A DNA stretch of 64,000 nucleotides from Candidatus Latescibacterota bacterium (GTDB lineage Bacteria > Latescibacterota > UBA2968 > UBA8231). The position numbers and the translations under genes are program-made. Shown here piece after piece: positions 59,856 to 64,000 of the stretch. The stretch covers positions 257,937 through 321,936 of the forward strand of contig CBDAOB010000003.1 of the NCBI GenBank assembly GCA_965197905.1, in the 5' to 3' direction. A model generated the notes under the pieces. That model did no database searches, was not told the origin of the DNA, and saw nothing but the letters and a program-made list of their open reading frames with translations. Each line of letters opens with the position of its first letter. Positions within the stretch are counted from its first letter, which is position 1.

Positions 59856-60000
59856 GCGCGGCTGCTTTCACGGCGAAGCTTCAGAGGGCCACATACAGCA
59901 CGCACCTTTTCCGCACAGCGATTCTTACTCAATCCAAATTACCCAAAACAATACGTCAATGGGTAGGAGAATTCTAGCAGAGACCTTGGACAAGAGAGTC

Positions 60001-60040
60001 TTGACAAATGAATTCCATCTGTTATAGTCAGATATAACAG
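60001..60040 (+). promoter_or_regulatory. sigma70-like promoter (TTGACA, 17 bp, TATAGT) overlapping the palindrome CTGTTATAgtcagaTATAACAG upstream of the GntR gene
   Basis: -35 at 60001-60006, -10 at 60024-60029; 8-bp perfect inverted arms at 60019-60040; likely autoregulatory operator. Confidence 0.45.
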
Positions 60041-60062
60041 TGTGTCAGTTTGATTAAGTGGA

Positions 60063-61001
60063 ATGATGCGATTTACAGTCGATCAAGATTCCGGAACCTC
60101 GATTTATCTTCAGCTCAAAGACCAGATCCTGTATGCCATTTCTGTAGGGGAACTCCGCCCAGGCGATGCCTTGCCGTCCATTCGTAAACTGGAAGCAGAG
60201 CTCGGTGTGAACCGGAATACCGTTCGCCGAGCCTACCAGGAGCTTCAGAGCGAAGGGACACTGACCATCCGGCAAGGAAGGAAGGCCGAGGTCGCCGCAA
60301 AGCCTCCTCGATCCCGGCAGCGTACGTCCGGGTCGCGGGCGGAGCTGCTTGCCCACCGAATGGTTCGGGACGCCGAGGCGGAGGGATGTGACGGTATCGG
60401 GTTTATCTCGGTCTTCGAGCAGGCTGCCGCCGATCACGATACACGTTATCCCAAGTGCGTCTTCATCGAATGTAGTCAATACCAGGCGGACGACTTCGCG
60501 GGCGTAACGGGTACGGTCTGGGGCCGCCGCGTAGTTGGGATTGATCTTAATCGGCTGCACGAGGATGTGGAGTTGCTCCCACCTTCAACCCGATATGTGC
60601 TGACCACTCATTGGCACCTCGCGCAAGTTCAGCGGCTTTTAAGGCGACGGGTCAAAGGCGTTCAAGACGTGAAGGTGCAACTTTCCCAGACTTTCTACGA
60701 GGGCGTTCGCCGGGTGAGGGGACTGAAGACGGGTCTGATCCTGCGGGACGCCGAGTCCATTGCAGGGTACAGGGAGCTGGTCCGGCAACATGGAAAGGTC
60801 AAGGGTGACGTACCGGTGGCTCTGATGGGTGAACCGGTTGCCCGGACACTGATGGATACCCTTGAAGGGGTGATTTACACCACGCCCTGCAGAGGCTTTG
60901 TAGCCGAGAATGCGCCGTCACATCTCGTCATGCAGGAATTGCTGTACGAGCCTATTCCCGACGATCTCGTTCGCGTAAAAGAAGACATATTTCACGTATG
61001 A
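60063..61001 (+). CDS. GntR-family transcriptional regulator with a C-terminal ligand-binding domain
   Basis: SIYLQLKDQILYAISVGELRPGDALPSIRKLEAELGVNRNTVRRAYQEL (GntR winged helix). Confidence 0.75.
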   Translation: MMRFTVDQDSGTSIYLQLKDQILYAISVGELRPGDALPSIRKLEAELGVNRNTVRRAYQELQSEGTLTIRQGRKAEVAAKPPRSRQRTSGSRAELLAHRMVRDAEAEGCDGIGFISVFEQAAADHDTRYPKCVFIECSQYQADDFAGVTGTVWGRRVVGIDLNRLHEDVELLPPSTRYVLTTHWHLAQVQRLLRRRVKGVQDVKVQLSQTFYEGVRRVRGLKTGLILRDAESIAGYRELVRQHGKVKGDVPVALMGEPVARTLMDTLEGVIYTTPCRGFVAENAPSHLVMQELLYEPIPDDLVRVKEDIFHV

Positions 61002-61016
61002 CAGAGGGAGCTTGGG

Positions 61017-62837
61017 ATGGATCATCTTTATCATCATGCCATTCGGGCAGCATGCGGATTTATTATAACTGTTTCGCTTGGTCTTTCGGTTTGGGCAGAG
61101 GCAGATGCGAAGCAAAGTCCAAAGTCAAAGAGCCAAAGGCACGCAGAGCACCTCAGGACCCTTGTCATCATTGACCGCCCATATGAATTGGGGGAAGAGA
61201 TCGAGCTAGCATTTGCGAAGGGCGAGTCTGCCCAGCTGCGATGTGTTGATAATCCCTTCGGGTTGCAGGAAATTCTGATAGGCTGGATTTCTGGTGATCA
61301 ATTCGGCGTGCCAGGCGACCTTCTCGACACACGTTTTATCTCGGCCGAAGGAAAGGTCTCCGGTGGAGGTTCGCCTCTCCCCAGGAGTAAAGGCTTCCTT
61401 CGGCAATACCGCGAAACGCCTTGTCTGGCGGTGGCCAGATTTGATCTCGTCGACGGCAAACTCGCCATGCGCTTCCGTGTGCAAACCGATCCGGTCGAGA
61501 ACAGGCGAGCTTACGAAGAGCATTTGAAGATCGGCGCAATATCCCTTCAGCAAAGGGGTCACTGGCAAACGCTGACGGGTACAGATCGGATACCGATTCC
61601 GAAACTTGCCGTGCACGAACGTGTAGCGGGATTTACCCGTCTCTGGAGCGAAGTGAAATACAACTTCGCGTTCTTTGACCAGGTTCCGGACCTCGAGTGG
61701 GATCGAGTGCTAGATGAATATATCCCGAAAGTGATGGAAGAGCAGCGATACGAGGAGTACTACCGATTGCTGCAGCAATGCATCGCCCGGCTGCAAGATG
61801 GTCATACCGGGGTATGGCCCGTCATCGGGCCAGCAACAGACGGTCCATCCCTGCTGATACGCGCAGTGGAAGGTAAGGCTATCGTTGCTGATCTTGGCAC
61901 AAGCGAGGAAATCAAGAAGTCAGAATTGAAACGGGGAGACGAGATCACTCACGTTGATGGCCAGTCAGTGCTGGAGTTGCTGGAGCGGGAAGTTTATCCC
62001 TACACATTTGCATCGACACCGCAGGGCCGAGACCAGAAGGCATACGCGGAACTACTCGAAGGGCCACGAGACAGTCCTGTCAATATTCGCACGCGGAGTC
62101 TCCATGGTGCCACCCGGGACTTGGCCTTAACCCGGCGTTCCGAGTGGAAACAGAAACCGTGGACCCAGACTCCAAGTTTCGAGTTCAAGGATCTACCGGA
62201 TGGGATCGTCTATGTCGCGATTCGCACCTTTGGATCGGAAAGCGTTGTCAAGCAGTTTGACGAGATTTTCGAGCAGGTGTTAAAGGCAAAGGGACTTATC
62301 ATCGATGTAAGGGAGAACGGAGGTGGAAGTACGGACAATGCAAACAGCATCATCCGCTATCTAACCGATAGACCTCTCAAGGGATCTCATTGGAGAACAC
62401 GGCAGTACATGCCGAGCTTTCGAGCGTGGGGCCAGGAAGAGAAATGGTATAAGGGCGAGCACGATCACGTCCAGCCAAGAGAAGAAGACCCCTTTCTCGG
62501 TCCAGTCGTGGTGTTGATCGGCCCCGGCACCGTAAGTGCCTCGGAGGACTTCCTGATCCCGTTGCATCATAGCGGACGTGCGACACTGGTGGGAGAGCGT
62601 ACGGCAGGAACGACAGGTCAACCCCTTGTCGTCCACCTTCCAGCGGGCACGGCCAGAATTTGCACCAAGCGCGACACCTATCCTGACGGGACGGAGTTCG
62701 TCGGAATCGGCGCTATCCCAGATGTGGAGGTACATCCCACTCGGGAGGACATTGCCGCCGGTCGCGACGCAATTCTTGAAATCCTCCGAACTGGCTCATC
62801 TCCCGGATGGCTACCTGAGAAAAGCGCCGATTTCTGA
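61017..62837 (+). CDS. S41-family peptidase (C-terminal processing/tail-specific protease-like), secreted
   Basis: signal-like N-terminus; GLIIDVRENGGGS and GPVVVLIGPGTVSASEDF motifs. Confidence 0.7.
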   Translation: MDHLYHHAIRAACGFIITVSLGLSVWAEADAKQSPKSKSQRHAEHLRTLVIIDRPYELGEEIELAFAKGESAQLRCVDNPFGLQEILIGWISGDQFGVPGDLLDTRFISAEGKVSGGGSPLPRSKGFLRQYRETPCLAVARFDLVDGKLAMRFRVQTDPVENRRAYEEHLKIGAISLQQRGHWQTLTGTDRIPIPKLAVHERVAGFTRLWSEVKYNFAFFDQVPDLEWDRVLDEYIPKVMEEQRYEEYYRLLQQCIARLQDGHTGVWPVIGPATDGPSLLIRAVEGKAIVADLGTSEEIKKSELKRGDEITHVDGQSVLELLEREVYPYTFASTPQGRDQKAYAELLEGPRDSPVNIRTRSLHGATRDLALTRRSEWKQKPWTQTPSFEFKDLPDGIVYVAIRTFGSESVVKQFDEIFEQVLKAKGLIIDVRENGGGSTDNANSIIRYLTDRPLKGSHWRTRQYMPSFRAWGQEEKWYKGEHDHVQPREEDPFLGPVVVLIGPGTVSASEDFLIPLHHSGRATLVGERTAGTTGQPLVVHLPAGTARICTKRDTYPDGTEFVGIGAIPDVEVHPTREDIAAGRDAILEILRTGSSPGWLPEKSADF

Positions 62838-63524
62838 TACACGCCGGCATCCGAACGCCTCAGCCCAGCGACAGGGCCAATGGGACGTGTTATATCTTCG
62901 GCGAGATCCCTAGTATACTACGAGAGTATGTGAGCGCCTCACAGGGTAGCCCAACTTCCTGGCGGGGGAATGGCACATGATCAGGGGCGCAACTCATTTT
63001 GGATGACTCTTGGGATCTGGGCCCGCCTGATCACTTGATCAGCATTGGCAGTATTTTCTGGGGAGGCCGTTTTCCGACTGAGGCTATGACCTCGTACGTT
63101 AGGTAGGCCCTCCGTGGTTGATACCGGGGAAGACGCTGGTCAAAAAGAGACCCCAAGAGCAGTCACCCTTGAGGTCCCCATGTCCAACGTAACGCCCTAG
63201 CCAATTAAACGTTACGAAGACAATTCTATGCTACATGAACATTCTTCCAAATTCAAGAGTTATTACATCCTCATCGAGTGCCTGTGAGTTCATCATTCTA
63301 CCTACCTGCGGTACCATTTCGTCGCTCGCGCTGCCACCGAACATAGGGCGTTTCAATGCCGTTCTCGCGACAGATTTTGGCGAAAGTAGGCGGACTGATT
63401 CCAAGCGCAGCGGCGGCTTCCTTATTCGTGACCTACATCCTGGCAGCACGACGCACAGACTCCACAGATTTGGGTTGTATCATAGGCGAAAAAAGTGCCA
63501 AGTATGTGAGATAGTTTCAATTAG

Positions 63525-63610
63525 GGAATTGCCGTCCCAGCAAGGCGTTGCCAAAGGCCCAGCGCCGATCGGCGCGCAGGTCATCTTAAACTGCGCGTCC
63601 GATTAGAATC
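63525..63610. repeat. attC-like element, family B (solo, outside the array)
   Basis: ccgtcccagcaaggcgttgccaaaggcccagcgccgatcggcgcgcaggtcatcttaaactgcgcgtccgat; lies between the S41 peptidase and GDH genes. Confidence 0.45.
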
Positions 63611-63646
63611 CTACAGTCGGGGTATCGGACTTGCTACATTTCGCCC

Positions 63647-64000
63647 CTACATTCCCATTTCCAAATAGGCCTTAGCGATCTTCTCGATAGCAACCACATA
63701 GGCTGCCATGCGCAAATCTGGCACTGCGTCCCGAGAGAGATAAAGCTCGCGAATTTGGTTGTATGCCTCCCGCATGGTATCGTCCAGCCCCGAGCGGACC
63801 AGATCTAATTCGCTCGCGCCGTGGTCCAAATGTGAACGTAGCGATTGGGGGATGGGTTTACCAATCATCTTTTCGATAATTTCCAAAATCATGTGGCCGC
63901 GGAACTCGTCCAGACGGCGATGGAGACGACCAAAGCGAATGTGGGAGATATTTTTTATCCATTCGAAGTACGAAACTGTCACGCCTCCGGCATTCAAGTA
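63647..64000 (-). CDS. Glu/Leu/Phe/Val dehydrogenase (glutamate dehydrogenase), C-terminal part; gene continues past the window end
   Basis: NAGGVTVSYFEWIKNISH is the conserved GDH C-terminal motif. Confidence 0.7.
   Translation of the reverse strand, partial: YLNAGGVTVSYFEWIKNISHIRFGRLHRRLDEFRGHMILEIIEKMIGKPIPQSLRSHLDHGASELDLVRSGLDDTMREAYNQIRELYLSRDAVPDLRMAAYVVAIEKIAKAYLEMGM

Noticed and set aside
63231-63449. 72-aa minus ORF and an alternative frame encoding an HTH-like peptide (KEAAAALGISPPTFAKICRENGI)
   Set aside because: No start codon for the HTH frame (ATG immediately followed by a stop) and the frames shift. It is possibly a remnant of a small regulator but too fragmentary to call.

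Overview
This 64-kb window (about 57% GC) is bacterial DNA with a housekeeping-like left part and an accessory right part. No rRNA, tRNA, CRISPR array or tyrosine-recombinase gene was seen.

Left part (1-29 kb):
- A CheY-receiver/HDOD response regulator, two VOC/glyoxalase genes, an FMN reductase and a LuxR regulator.
- A formylglycine-generating enzyme, a sulfatase, and a cupin/PhyH/shikimate-kinase/PanE gene block.
- An ABC-F ATPase gene broken by a frameshift plus an internal deletion.
- An IS256-family element (3.5 kb, 8-bp TSD) whose transposase gene is split by a group II intron. The intron starts GUGCG, carries a domain V hairpin and encodes an En-minus RT/maturase.

Right part (about 30.6-59.9 kb):
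- About 25 mostly unrelated genes on the minus strand: PhyH-like dioxygenases, ankyrin-repeat proteins, two HigBA toxin-antitoxin pairs, VOC, AKR, SDR, ClbS/DfsB, a 5'-3' exonuclease and others.
- These genes are separated by at least 17 copies of a roughly 85-115-bp imperfect-palindromic element with conserved termini (ATTTAAC ... GTTAAAT) and internal GAAT-loop hairpins. Each gene or gene pair starts 13-70 bp downstream of one element and is followed by the next.
- I read this as a chromosomal integron-type cassette array (attC-like sites, no intI in the window, so CALIN-like). A species-specific REP/MITE family is the alternative.
- One element carries a 750-nt ORF-less group II intron. Another was hit by a second, identical copy of the intron-bearing IS256, which has no TSD and an adjacent deletion.
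- The array contains relics of flagellar genes (a motA with an internal deletion, a miniature fliF-like gene), a truncated higB, and a metallophosphoesterase with an in-frame TAG.
- It also contains a 1.36-kb direct segmental duplication (small protein plus PhyH dioxygenase) flanking a second sulfatase.

Far right (60-64 kb):
- A GntR regulator with a sigma70-like promoter and palindromic operator, an S41 peptidase, and the 3' part of a glutamate dehydrogenase gene running off the window.
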